The notes: generated by a model not told the origin, from the sequence alone. Numbered from the stretch's first letter, positions 49,608-59,115 are shown. The stretch is DNA of 64,000 nt from an uncultured Acidobacteriota bacterium (GCA_963807235.1 CAWEBF010000025.1:77214-141213), one strand, 5' to 3'. Numbers and translations: made by a program.

Positions 49608-50006
49608 ATGACTAACTGGATTTCGCGAGTCGCCGTTCTGTGCGCGTTCCTGGCCGCGGGTGCGTCGGTGTACGCGCATCATTCGCTGGCTGGTGTGTAT
49701 GCACTGGGCAAAGAGGCAAAAGTCACGGGCGCGTTCAAAGCGTTCAGGCTCGTGAATCCCCACTCGACGATGAAAATCGACGTCAAGGGCCCGGACGGCA
49801 AGACGGTGGAGTGGACCTTCGTCGGCGGCAGCGTCCAGCAAATCGCGAGGCTCGGTCTCAAAGAGGGCCCGAATGCTCTCAATCTCGGGGATGAAATCAC
49901 CGTCACGATTGTGCCGGCCATAGACGGCAAGAGCCCTATCGGGCTGCTGTCAGCGATCACCTACAAGGACGGGCACACCGTCCGTTTCCGTTCGCCCGAT
50001 GAGTAA
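49608..50006 (+). CDS. small exported protein D' (mature N-terminus HH, NPH motif), intact
   Basis: ORF 49608..50006. Signal peptide …LAAGASVYA then HHSLAGVYALGKEAKVTGAFKAFRLVNPHSTMKIDV. AGGAGG overlaps the Y' stop. Confidence 0.7.
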   Translation: MTNWISRVAVLCAFLAAGASVYAHHSLAGVYALGKEAKVTGAFKAFRLVNPHSTMKIDVKGPDGKTVEWTFVGGSVQQIARLGLKEGPNALNLGDEITVTIVPAIDGKSPIGLLSAITYKDGHTVRFRSPDE

Positions 50007-50043
50007 GGCGAAGGGCTAAGACCGGCGCCCGTCCGCCCGGGGT

Positions 50044-50949
50044 TCATCGAACCTCCGAACCCTGTGTCCGCGACGCAGACTGCACGAGGATGACGGCCAC
50101 GAGAATCAGCGCGGTCGCTCCGCCCACCTGCGGCGTCAGGGCCTCGCCAGCGGCCAACCAGCCGAGGAAGACGGCCACGGCGGGATTGACGAAGGTGTGG
50201 GTCGCGACCAGCGTGGCCGAGTGGCGCTCGAGCAGCCACGTGTAGGCCGAGAACGCGACGATCGAGCCGAACACGATGAGATAGCCGAGGCCCAGGAGCG
50301 AGCGTGACGAGACCTCACGCAGCTCGAGGTCGCCAAGCTCTCCGCTGATCGCACTCGACGCGATCAGCAGCACGGCGCCGCTCAGCAGCGTGGTCGAGGC
50401 CCGGACGAACGCGTCCTGCGGCAGCGGGGCGGTCGCCGAATAGCGCACGCCGAGAGCCCACGACATCGCGCCGATCAGGATCGCGGTCGATCCCCAGAGC
50501 TGAGTGGACCCCGCGGACAACGTGTCGCGCGGTATCAGCAGCGCGACGCCGGCGAGCCCGGCGACGAGGCCGGCGATGGTCCGCCATCCGACGCGCTTGC
50601 GGTCGGATGGCATCAGCATGGCAATCCAGACTGGCTCGGTCGCCACCAGCAGCGCGGCGATGCCCGACGGGACCGTCTGTTCCGCCCAATGGAGCGTCCC
50701 GTGGCCGATGAGAAAGAACAGGACGGCCACCACGACGCTGGCCCGCCACTCCGTCGCGCTGACCCTGACCCGCCCGCCCATCCACGTGGACACGCCATAA
50801 AGGACCGCGCCGGCAACGAGGTGGCGCACGCCGGCCGTCAGGAGTGGCGGGATGGTCTCGACGGCGTACCGGATCGCGAGGTAGGTCGACCCCCAGATGA
50901 CGTAGATGGCGAAGAACGCGAGCCATTCGCGCGCGCTGAGCTGCCTCAT
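50044..50949 (-). CDS. EamA/DMT-family transporter
   Basis: ORF 50044..50949. Ten hydrophobic segments and an N-terminus FFAIYVIWGSTYLAIRY typical of EamA repeats. Confidence 0.85.
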   Translation of the reverse strand: MRQLSAREWLAFFAIYVIWGSTYLAIRYAVETIPPLLTAGVRHLVAGAVLYGVSTWMGGRVRVSATEWRASVVVAVLFFLIGHGTLHWAEQTVPSGIAALLVATEPVWIAMLMPSDRKRVGWRTIAGLVAGLAGVALLIPRDTLSAGSTQLWGSTAILIGAMSWALGVRYSATAPLPQDAFVRASTTLLSGAVLLIASSAISGELGDLELREVSSRSLLGLGYLIVFGSIVAFSAYTWLLERHSATLVATHTFVNPAVAVFLGWLAAGEALTPQVGGATALILVAVILVQSASRTQGSEVR

Positions 50950-50983
50950 GCGGCGCTCGACCGATCAGTGCGGCGGCGAGGTT

Positions 50984-51860
50984 CTATTTCGCCGTGCCGC
51001 GGAGATGCTGCTCGAACCACCGCACCATTTCGGGATTGGCACGTGTGAAATCGGCGTCCGTGAACGCGTGTTCGGCGCCTTCGATTCGGACGAACGACGC
51101 GGGCACGCCCGCTTTCGACAGCGCCGCGTACATCGTTTCGCCCTCGGCCATCGGGACGAGCGTGTCGGCGTCGCCGTGCACGATGAGCGATGGAGCTGCC
51201 GCCGGCGAGACGAAGCGAATGGGTGAGTACTGCGCCGCTTCGGCCTCCGTCAACGCAGTTGCCGGGAACGCCCGGCTGTTCGCCCATCGAGAGAGATCCG
51301 TGGGCGGAAAGTACGCCACGACCGCGGCGACGCGACTGGATTCCCTGAGCACGGCGTCGGAGGCCGACGGATCCCCGGAGTCGGCTGTCGTACCGAGCAG
51401 CAGCGCGAGCTGCCCGCCGGCGCTGCCGCCCAACACGCCAATGCGGTTGGGGTCGACGCCGTACTCGCCAGCGTGCTGACGGATGAAGCGGACCGACCGC
51501 CGCATGTCCGCCACGATCGCCGACATGGGATATTTCGGGCTGCTGCCGTGTCTCACCGCGAATACGGTAAACCCCTTCTCGGTCAACGGGGGATAGGTAC
51601 TGGGCCATATGACGGCCTAACTCCACGCTCGATTGCCACCCGGCGCTCACGATCGAGATGACGCCAGCGCCGTTGGAGTGTGCCGGACGGTAGACGTCGA
51701 AAGTCAGGGCGAGGCCATCCTTGTGCCCGTACACCACATCCGTGGTCACCGAGGGCTGGCGCGCCGGCTCGGGCGCAGCGGCAACCCCAGGCTCCGATGG
51801 TGCACACGCCCACGTGAGAAGAGCGGCAAGTACGACGAACGACCGCAAGCAACTGCTCAT
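50984..51860 (-). CDS. exported alpha/beta hydrolase (esterase/lipase type), one frameshift
   Basis: ORF 50946..51860 (signal peptide, …ISIVSAGWQSS) joins ORF 50984..51586 at a C5 run around 51587-51591. Nucleophile elbow GGSAGGQLA and the motif HGDADTLVP. Confidence 0.75.
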
Positions 51861-52018
51861 TCGGATGCTCTGATGAAGCGTAACCTGACGACCGTCCTCT
51901 AGCTACAGAACCTGGCGATGTCCTTGCCAAGGTCCTGCCGGAGGTGCAGAATGTTCAAGCACGCGAGATAGCTGGTCGTCGATCGTGGCAAATGACGCTT
52001 CAGAAAGAGGACACGTCC

Positions 52019-52467
52019 ATGCTTCGAGTCAGTCTCTCAATCATCCTGCTCGCGGTGTGACGGTCGCCACTCCCGTGGCGCGCTCGGCCGATAACGACCA
52101 GATCGAGACATTGACGATCAAGGGCTCGGTCACCTACGAGGCCGACGCGGCGCTGCCTCCCGGCAGCCGCGCGGTCATCGAGCTGCGCCATCTGCCCGCG
52201 CTCCCAGGCGCCCCGTCGGTCGTCGAGCGGCGGATCGATCTCGAGGGCAAGCAGTCGCCAGTGCCGTTCGAGTTCACGTTGGAACGCTACAAACTCACCG
52301 GGAACGCGACGTACTTCGTGCGCGGCGCCGTCGTCTCCGAGAAGCGCGCGGTCTGGACCGCAGACGACATCAAGATCGACGTGACCCAGTCCACCGTGGA
52401 CGTGAAAGAGATCACGCTGAGGCCGGCAACGGCGGGCGCGCCGGTCCTGGACTCGGCGCCGCGATGA
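52019..52467 (+). CDS. exported YbaY/YscW-like domain protein, N-terminal frameshift
   Basis: ATG 52019 gives MLRVSLSIILLAV, then a 1-nt shift near 52058 leads into ORF 51985..52467. The sequence LTIKGSVTYEADAALPPGSRAVIELRHL…VPFEFTL…YFVRGAVV resembles YbaY-type lipoprotein domains. Confidence 0.45.
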
Positions 52468-52603
52468 CGGTCGCGCTGGCATAGCATCGATCCCGCCCGA
52501 ACTGAACTGCAGGGCAGAACGCCTTGCGACCTCAGTCGGTCGAGTCGCACCGTCCGGCTGGAATCGCGGGCCCGGACGTGAGACAAATGTCCCGGTCGGT
52601 CCG

Positions 52604-53680
52604 ATGAGCACGCCCGCGAAGACTCGCCAACACATTCGCTACGTGACTGCGCCGGATGGAACACGGCTCGCGTGGGCAGAATCGGGCGCCGGTTCGGTCC
52701 TCGTGAAAGCGGCCAACTGGCTGACGCATCTCGAATACGAGTGGGAGAGTCCGGTCTGGCGCCACTGGCTGCAGTTCTTCTCTGCGCACTGCCGCTTCGT
52801 GCGCTACGACGAACGCGGCTGCGGCATGAGCGACTGGCAGGACGGCGTCCTGTCGCTCGAACAGTGGGCAGGCGATCTGGGATCGGTCGTCGAAGCGGCG
52901 CGACCCGACGCTCCGGTGACGCTGCTCGGCATCTCACAGGGCGCCGGCACGTGCATTCAGTACGCGCTGGGCCACCCGGAACGCGTCGGTCGAATGATTC
53001 TCTACGGAGGATATGCTCGGGGCTGGAGACGGCGCGGCACCGCGGAAAGCCAGGCGGTGTACAAAGCGGTGATCGACCTCATGCGCGTCGCGTGGGGCAA
53101 AGACAATCCGGCGTTCCGGCAAACGTTCACGTCGCGCTTCATTCCGGGCGGCAGCCACGAGCAGCTGCAGTGGTTCAACGATCTGTGTCTGAAGACGACG
53201 CCAGGCGACGTCGCGGCCAGGATCCAGGAAGCGCGCGGCGATTTGGACCTCACCGCGGACCTGGGCCGCGTGAAGACGCCGACGCTCGTTCTGCATGCGA
53301 GAGACGACCAGGTGATCCCGATCGCGGAAGGCCGGCGGCTCGCGAGCGGCATTCCGGGCGCCGAGTTTGTCGAGCTCGATTCGCGCAACCACATCCTGCT
53401 CGAGCACGAACCGGCGTGGCAACGGTTTCAGGACGCCGTACTCGCTTTCCTGCAGCCCGGCCAGTCCCGCGGCGATTCCGTGTTCGCGGCCTTGTCGGCG
53501 CGCGAACGTCAGGTACTCGCGCTCATGGCCGACGGCTTGAGCAACACTGACATCGCCGAGCGGCTGAGCATCAGGGAGAAGACCGTCCGCAATCACGCGT
53601 CGAACCTGTTCGACAAGCTCGGTGTATGGTCGCGCGCGCGGGCGATCGTGTTCGCGCGCGATCATGGTTTCAGCGGCTGA
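52604..53680 (+). CDS. alpha/beta-hydrolase domain fused to a LuxR-type HTH
   Basis: ORF 52604..53680. GxSxG elbow LLGISQGAG. The C-terminal LuxR HTH reads LSARERQVLALMADGLSNTDIAERLSIREKTVRNHASNLFDKLGV. Confidence 0.8.
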   Translation: MSTPAKTRQHIRYVTAPDGTRLAWAESGAGSVLVKAANWLTHLEYEWESPVWRHWLQFFSAHCRFVRYDERGCGMSDWQDGVLSLEQWAGDLGSVVEAARPDAPVTLLGISQGAGTCIQYALGHPERVGRMILYGGYARGWRRRGTAESQAVYKAVIDLMRVAWGKDNPAFRQTFTSRFIPGGSHEQLQWFNDLCLKTTPGDVAARIQEARGDLDLTADLGRVKTPTLVLHARDDQVIPIAEGRRLASGIPGAEFVELDSRNHILLEHEPAWQRFQDAVLAFLQPGQSRGDSVFAALSARERQVLALMADGLSNTDIAERLSIREKTVRNHASNLFDKLGVWSRARAIVFARDHGFSG

Positions 53681-53774
53681 CTAGTGGCGGGAGATTAGCG
53701 AATTCATTCAAATCTCAGGGTCCGCTCACGGTTCGCTGAGGACTTTCGGGCAGGGCCTCCGTCACAGTGAACAC

Positions 53775-54788
53775 ATGAAACCCGCTACCAGTCTCGTGAA
53801 CCCCGGGAAGGCATTCGCCTTTATCGCCTTCGCCCTCGTCATCGGGCCCTTGGGCATCTATGTCGCCGAAGCTGACGATGCACCTGGCGCCGCGGTCATC
53901 GGCCTGCTGCTGATGCTCGTCGCGGTCGTGCTCGGCGTGAAAGCCGCGCGGAACCGGCTGCCGGCCTGGGCCGCCCGCACTGCGCTGGCCGTCGGCGCCC
54001 TTATTGCGGCGTTCGCCGCATTTGTGACCCATGCGACGGTTGTGGCAGCGCCCCTCTTCGCGCAGCCGGAGGACGTGCCGTCGGTCGTTGGGGCAGCGCC
54101 CTCTCAGCAGTGGGCGGCGGGGGCCGACCGCGCGCGGCAGCTGGTACGCGCAGCGATCTCCGACCGAAACCTGCCTGGACTTTCGATCGCAGTCGGCGCC
54201 GGCGGCGGCATTGTCTGGGCCGAAGGGTTCGGCTGGAGGGACGTCGAAACGCGCGCGCCCGTCACCCCGAACACGCGATTCAACATCGGCACGGCGGCGT
54301 CCGTGGTCACTCCGGCCACCGTCGCTCAGCTCGGGCTGACCAACACCGGCGCTGACTCGGCAGCGGCGTGGAGCCCGGAACATATCGGCGAGCCGGAAGA
54401 AGACTTCCCGCTCTTCAGGCTCATCCGCGACGTCATCCTCAGGCCGATCGGTATCGGCCGCGCGCAGCCGCTGCCGGGCGAGCGCGCGACGTTCTTCGTC
54501 CCGAGATCTAATGACAATCCAGGGCGCGGCAGGCGCCTGATGTATATGCGCGACCTGGCGTGCTGCGCCGGCGCGATGTCGTTCTACTCCACGCCTTCCG
54601 ATCTCGTGCGCTTCGGCCTGGCCACGGGCGCCAGCGTCAACGGCGAGCTGGCGGGCGGGATGGTGATGTCGTTGATGACGAGGCGCGACAGCGGCGTCGT
54701 CGTCGTGGTGATGTCGAACATCGCGCATACGAACACGTCCGCGCTCGCGCAGAAAGTCGGGGACGCGTTCGCGGAACTGGCGCGATGA
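53775..54788 (+). CDS. membrane-anchored beta-lactamase-related protein with degenerate SxxK
   Basis: ORF 53775..54788. Three N-terminal TM segments, then the serine-hydrolase-like block NLPGLSIAVGAGGGIVWAEGFGWRDVETRAPVTPNTRFNIGTAASVVT. Confidence 0.55.
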   Translation: MKPATSLVNPGKAFAFIAFALVIGPLGIYVAEADDAPGAAVIGLLLMLVAVVLGVKAARNRLPAWAARTALAVGALIAAFAAFVTHATVVAAPLFAQPEDVPSVVGAAPSQQWAAGADRARQLVRAAISDRNLPGLSIAVGAGGGIVWAEGFGWRDVETRAPVTPNTRFNIGTAASVVTPATVAQLGLTNTGADSAAAWSPEHIGEPEEDFPLFRLIRDVILRPIGIGRAQPLPGERATFFVPRSNDNPGRGRRLMYMRDLACCAGAMSFYSTPSDLVRFGLATGASVNGELAGGMVMSLMTRRDSGVVVVVMSNIAHTNTSALAQKVGDAFAELAR

Positions 54789-54851
54789 GGCACCCAGCCG
54801 CCGAGTGGACCGATGGCAACGCAACCGCGGCGCGGGCAACCCCGCTTGGCC

Positions 54852-55832
54852 TCACGGGAGGCCGAGAAAGCGGGCCGGATTGGTCTTGGTCATCAAGTCG
54901 ATTTCTGCCTGAGTGAACCCCTCCTTCAGGAGGACCGCAATCGCCATCTGGAAAGCCTCGGCGTAGTTCACCCTGCCAGGCTGGCCGAGATCAGAACTCA
55001 GGATGATGTTCGCTGGACCAAGCGCTCGAATGTCCGCGATCTTCTGCGGTCCGTAATCAATCGTCGGATTCTCGGCATTGACGACTGCGGGCACGCCCTT
55101 AACCGCGGGTCCCCCGGTGAGGCCCTCCCCGCTCGTCACCACCTCGATCATTGCGCCCTCACGCGCCGCTTCCTTCAGCTGCGTCATGGACATCACCATC
55201 CCCGAATGGTTGGGGTGCTGCACATAGATCTTGTTGACACCGACGGCCCTTGCCGCACGGATCAGCATCAGGACTTCCGCCGGACTGACGTGTCCAGTGG
55301 ACAAGCCGAGATTGTGCTTCGCGATGACCTTGAGGACTTCCTGCGTCTCCGGCAGCAGCCGGCCGTCACGCGAGACCGCGACTCTGCCGGGCTGGCCCTC
55401 GTTGCGGTATTCCGCGTCCATGGTCGGCATGTACACGACCTTACCCAGGCCGCCACGCGTCAAGGCCATCGCCTCCACCGCTGCGGGATTCATGCCGCCC
55501 ACATACCGGTTCAGGACGATGCCGCCGAAGACCTCGACGCCCGGGACAACCTGAGACACCAGGTAAGCCCAGGAAGCAGTCTCGGTCGTGTGTTCCTTGA
55601 GCACTATCCCCCGCATGCCGTAGATCTTGGCGATCTGGGCCGCCTGGATAGCGTCGAATTGGCGCTGGAAATTCAGCGCCCCCGTCTGCGGCGCCGCGTG
55701 CGCATGAATGTCGATGACGCCCGCGAGGCTCGGTGCAACCTTGGCCTGTGCGAGCCCCCTGCCAGGCAAGCAGAACAGCGACGCCAGAACACCCAAGAGC
55801 AACGCTCGACGTCTCATCGTTCGCCCCATCAT
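54852..55832 (-). CDS. exported amidohydrolase-like TIM-barrel protein (DUF6282-like by recollection)
   Basis: An internal ATG of ORF 54852..55925. Leader MMGRTMRRRALLLGVLASLFCLPGRGLAQA. The motifs VIDIHAHAAP … VQHPNH … SSDLGQ resemble metal-dependent hydrolase motifs. Confidence 0.5.
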   Translation of the reverse strand: MMGRTMRRRALLLGVLASLFCLPGRGLAQAKVAPSLAGVIDIHAHAAPQTGALNFQRQFDAIQAAQIAKIYGMRGIVLKEHTTETASWAYLVSQVVPGVEVFGGIVLNRYVGGMNPAAVEAMALTRGGLGKVVYMPTMDAEYRNEGQPGRVAVSRDGRLLPETQEVLKVIAKHNLGLSTGHVSPAEVLMLIRAARAVGVNKIYVQHPNHSGMVMSMTQLKEAAREGAMIEVVTSGEGLTGGPAVKGVPAVVNAENPTIDYGPQKIADIRALGPANIILSSDLGQPGRVNYAEAFQMAIAVLLKEGFTQAEIDLMTKTNPARFLGLP

Positions 55833-56046
55833 CTGTCCAATGTGTGGCAATGGAAACGAGAAACGATAGCGACTATTGGCGACCAACTGCAAATGGCTGG
55901 GAGGCAGGGAGCCCCGCTCACCCAAATCTCACGGAATGCTCACCTCCACGTGAAGACACCGGCTGGTTCGCGGTCGATACTCCCATCCGCCGGCTCGATG
56001 AGCATGGCCCCATGCACCGGCATCTGCGGACTGGAGGAGCGAGCGT

Positions 56047-58508
56047 ATGAATACCGGCCTGGTCTCGTGGCTCGACTGGAAGCTGGGCGCGCGTATGCTG
56101 CTGAAGTATCCCGCGCTCACGATCATCGGCGGCCTTTCGCTGGCCGCGGCCATCGCGATTGGGGCGGTCGGCATCGAAGTCGCCGGCGAACTGCTGTACA
56201 AACGCCTGCCGTTCCCTGAAGGCGGTCGAATCGTGCGCCTGGAGACGCAGGACGCGGCGGCGTCACGCGTGGAGCCAAGGGTGCTCCACGATTTCGCGAT
56301 CTGGCGGCGATCTCTCAAGACGGTGGGGGAACTCGGTGCCGCGCGCGTGAGCGAGCGCAACGTGCTCACGGGCGAAGGCCGCGTCGAAGCCCTGCGGGTG
56401 GCGGAGATCACGGCGTCGGCGTTTCCGCTCACCCGCGTGCCGCCGCTGCTTGGCAGGCCGCTGCAGCCGACAGACGAAATGCCGGGGGCGGCGCCCGTCG
56501 TGGTCCTGGGTTACGACGTCTGGCAGAGACAGTTCCTGCACGACCCGGCGATCATCGGCCGCGTCGTGACGGTGGGTCGCACGGCTCGCACCGTGGTGGG
56601 CGTGATGCCGCCGCGCTTCGGCTTCCCGCACAATCAGCAGGTATGGGTGCCATTGCCGGTCCAGGACGCGCCGCCGCGCGAAGGGCCGGCCGTGCAGGTG
56701 TTCGGCCGCCTCGCCGACGGAGCGAGCTGGCAGGACCGCCGCGGCGGAGCTCGACGTCGTCTCGGCACGCTTGGCCGCCGACCAGCCGGCAACCCACGCG
56801 CACCTGCGGACGCGCGTTCGCGCATTCGCCGGGCGCACGCCTGGTGATCCGCTGCGGCTGGAAGATCTGGCGATCCACGCCATCGTCCTGCTGGTGCTGG
56901 GGGCGGTCTCGGCGAACGTCGCAACGCTGATCTTCGCGCGCACGGCGATGCGCGAATCGGAGATGGTCGTCCGTCACGCGCTGGGGGCGAGCCGTGGCCG
57001 CGTGATCGCGCAGATCGTCACCGAAGGGCTCGTGCTGGCCCTCGCCGCCGCCGTGCTCGGGCTCGTCGTGGCCCAGACGACAGTGCGCTATGCCTGGGCC
57101 CGGGCGAGTCAGCTCACGGGGGAGGACCTGCCGTTCTGGGTAGATCTCAGGCTCGAGCCTGTCACCGTTGCGTATGCGCTGCTTCTCGCGCTCGTCGCCG
57201 CGGCACTGATCGGCCTGCTGCCCGCACTGAAGGCCACAGGTGGGTCCGTCCTGCGGGGACTACAGGGGATCACGGGCACCGGCGGGACGATGAAGTTCGG
57301 CGGCATCTGGTCGTTCATCGTCGGCGCGCAGGTGGCGTGCACGCTGCTGTTCGTGCCGGCCGCGGTCGGAATCTACACCACCTCTGTTCAGAACCGGCCA
57401 CAGTGGACAGCGTTTCCGACGGAGCGTTACCTCACCTTCCACCTCAGGATGGACACCGAGGCGCTGACCGGCGAGCGCGGTGTGCTTGACGATGTGCAGA
57501 TCGGCGCCCGTCGCGCGCTGGCATACGAAGCATTCGCGAGCCAGTTGCGTGAGCAGCCTGGTGTGACGCACGTGGCGCACGGCGATCGCCTGCCGACGAT
57601 GTCCCCGGAGTGGGTGGCGGTGGAAATGGAGCAGGACGGTGCACCTCCGGCCCGCCTGCAGCGGCAATTTCGAGGGCGGATTCGCGATGGCGGCTGTCGG
57701 TGCGGGCTATCACGAGGCGTTCGGCGCCAGGATCGTAGCCGGTCGCGGCTTGCGTGCCGCCGACGCTGGGGCGCCGAACGGGCCCGTCGTGGTCAACCAG
57801 GCGTTCATGCGCGTGGTGGGCAGGAATCCCGTGGGCGCACGCGTCCGAACGCTCCAGGGGGGCAGCGAGCGCGAGCCGGGACCCTGGCACGAGATCGTCG
57901 GCGTGGTCACCGATCTGTGGACGGTCCCGGCCGATTGGGGTGGGGCGGCGTACGTCTATCGCGCGGCCTCGACGGCGGAGCTCGATCCTCTCGTGGTCGC
58001 GGTGCGCGTCGCGGGGGACGCAGCGCCGCTTGCGCCCCGCGTCGCCGCCCTTGCGCGGCAGGTCGATGCGGGGCTGCAGCTCCGGGACATCGCGACCCTC
58101 CAGGAGACCGTCGCACAGCAGCAGGCGGGGGGCATCGGCGGCGTCGTAATCGGCAGCATTCTGCTCGTGGCGGTGGTCTTCTCCGCTGCCGGTCTGTACG
58201 CCCTCATGGCCGTCGCCGTGGCGCGTCGCACCCGCGAGATTGGAATCCGTATCGCACTCGGTGCCAACCCCCGCCACGTGCTCCGTAGCGTTTTCGCTCG
58301 CGCCGGTCGTCAGCTCGGCGGCGGCATCATCGCCGGCAACAGCATCGTCCTGCTCCTCGCGTGGCGCGCCGACAGCCTGACCGTGGATCTCCTCGTCTCA
58401 TCGATGATCACGTCCGTCATCATGGCGGCCGTGGGCGTGCTCGCGTGCGCCGCACCGGCGAGCCGAGCGCTGCGTGTTCAACCGACCGAGGCGCTGCGGC
58501 AGGGTTGA
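56047..58508 (+). CDS. MacB/FtsX-type duplicated permease (ADOP-like), copy 5, two frame changes, no cytoplasmic prefix
   Basis: ORFs 56047..56847, 56771..58288 and 57639..58508 join near 56733 (…ADGASWQ / TAAAELDVVSARLAADQP…) and near 57655. It ends PASRALRVQPTEALRQG. Confidence 0.75.
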
Positions 58509-58605
58509 CGTGTCTTGGGGCCTCCGGGACCCATTGCGCTGGCCACGGTAATAGGTCCTCAGGGCTCACGAAAGGGCGCTACCATCGCGATTGGAGGCCA
58601 CCGGA

Positions 58606-59040
58606 ATGAGGCAGGCACTGGTGACGCTGGCAGCGACTCTCTCTGTCGCACTCACATCGCCTCCTGCGCATGCGCATCACAGCCACTTCTACGATGAGTG
58701 CAAGATCATAACCATCGAGGGGCGTGTCGAAAGCGCGGCATTCAAGAACCCACACAACTTGATCGTTCTCAGACTCGATGATGGAACGGCCTATGCCGTC
58801 GATTGGGTCAATGTGACCTGGTTGACGAGGGCCAGCGTCATCAATGCCGCGAAAGGAGCGGTAGTACCTGGGGCGCGCCTCGAGGTGACGGGTTATCTCA
58901 TCAGGGATGCGGCTACGATCCCGAAATCGAAGGGCGTCGTGGACCCGAATACCGTCGAAGCTCGCTTGCTACGGCGCGTGGACGACAGTTTCAGCTGGGG
59001 GATGCCTCCGAGGTCAACCTCACCGAACTGCGACCGGTAG
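58606..59040 (+). CDS. small exported protein D'' (mature N-terminus HH, NPH motif), solo copy
   Basis: ATG 58606 lies inside ORF 58591..59040, with GGAGG 8 nt upstream. Signal peptide …LTSPPAHA then HHSHFYDECKIITIEGRVESAAFKNPHNLIVLRL. Confidence 0.6.
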   Translation: MRQALVTLAATLSVALTSPPAHAHHSHFYDECKIITIEGRVESAAFKNPHNLIVLRLDDGTAYAVDWVNVTWLTRASVINAAKGAVVPGARLEVTGYLIRDAATIPKSKGVVDPNTVEARLLRRVDDSFSWGMPPRSTSPNCDR

Positions 59041-59076
59041 GCAGCGCCGGCTGACGGAAAGACCAGTCAATGTCTC

Positions 59077-59109
59077 TTGACGGATATGTATATCGATTGA
59101 TATACATAT
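59077..59109 (+). promoter_or_regulatory. sigma70-like promoter overlapped by a perfect 10-bp inverted repeat (putative PadR operator)
   Basis: TTGACG (59077-59082), an 18-nt spacer, then TATACA (59101-59106). ATATGTATAT (59084-59093) and ATATACATAT (59100-59109) are separated by cgattg. The PadR ATG is at 59116. Confidence 0.55.
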
Positions 59110-59115
59110 GGGCCA

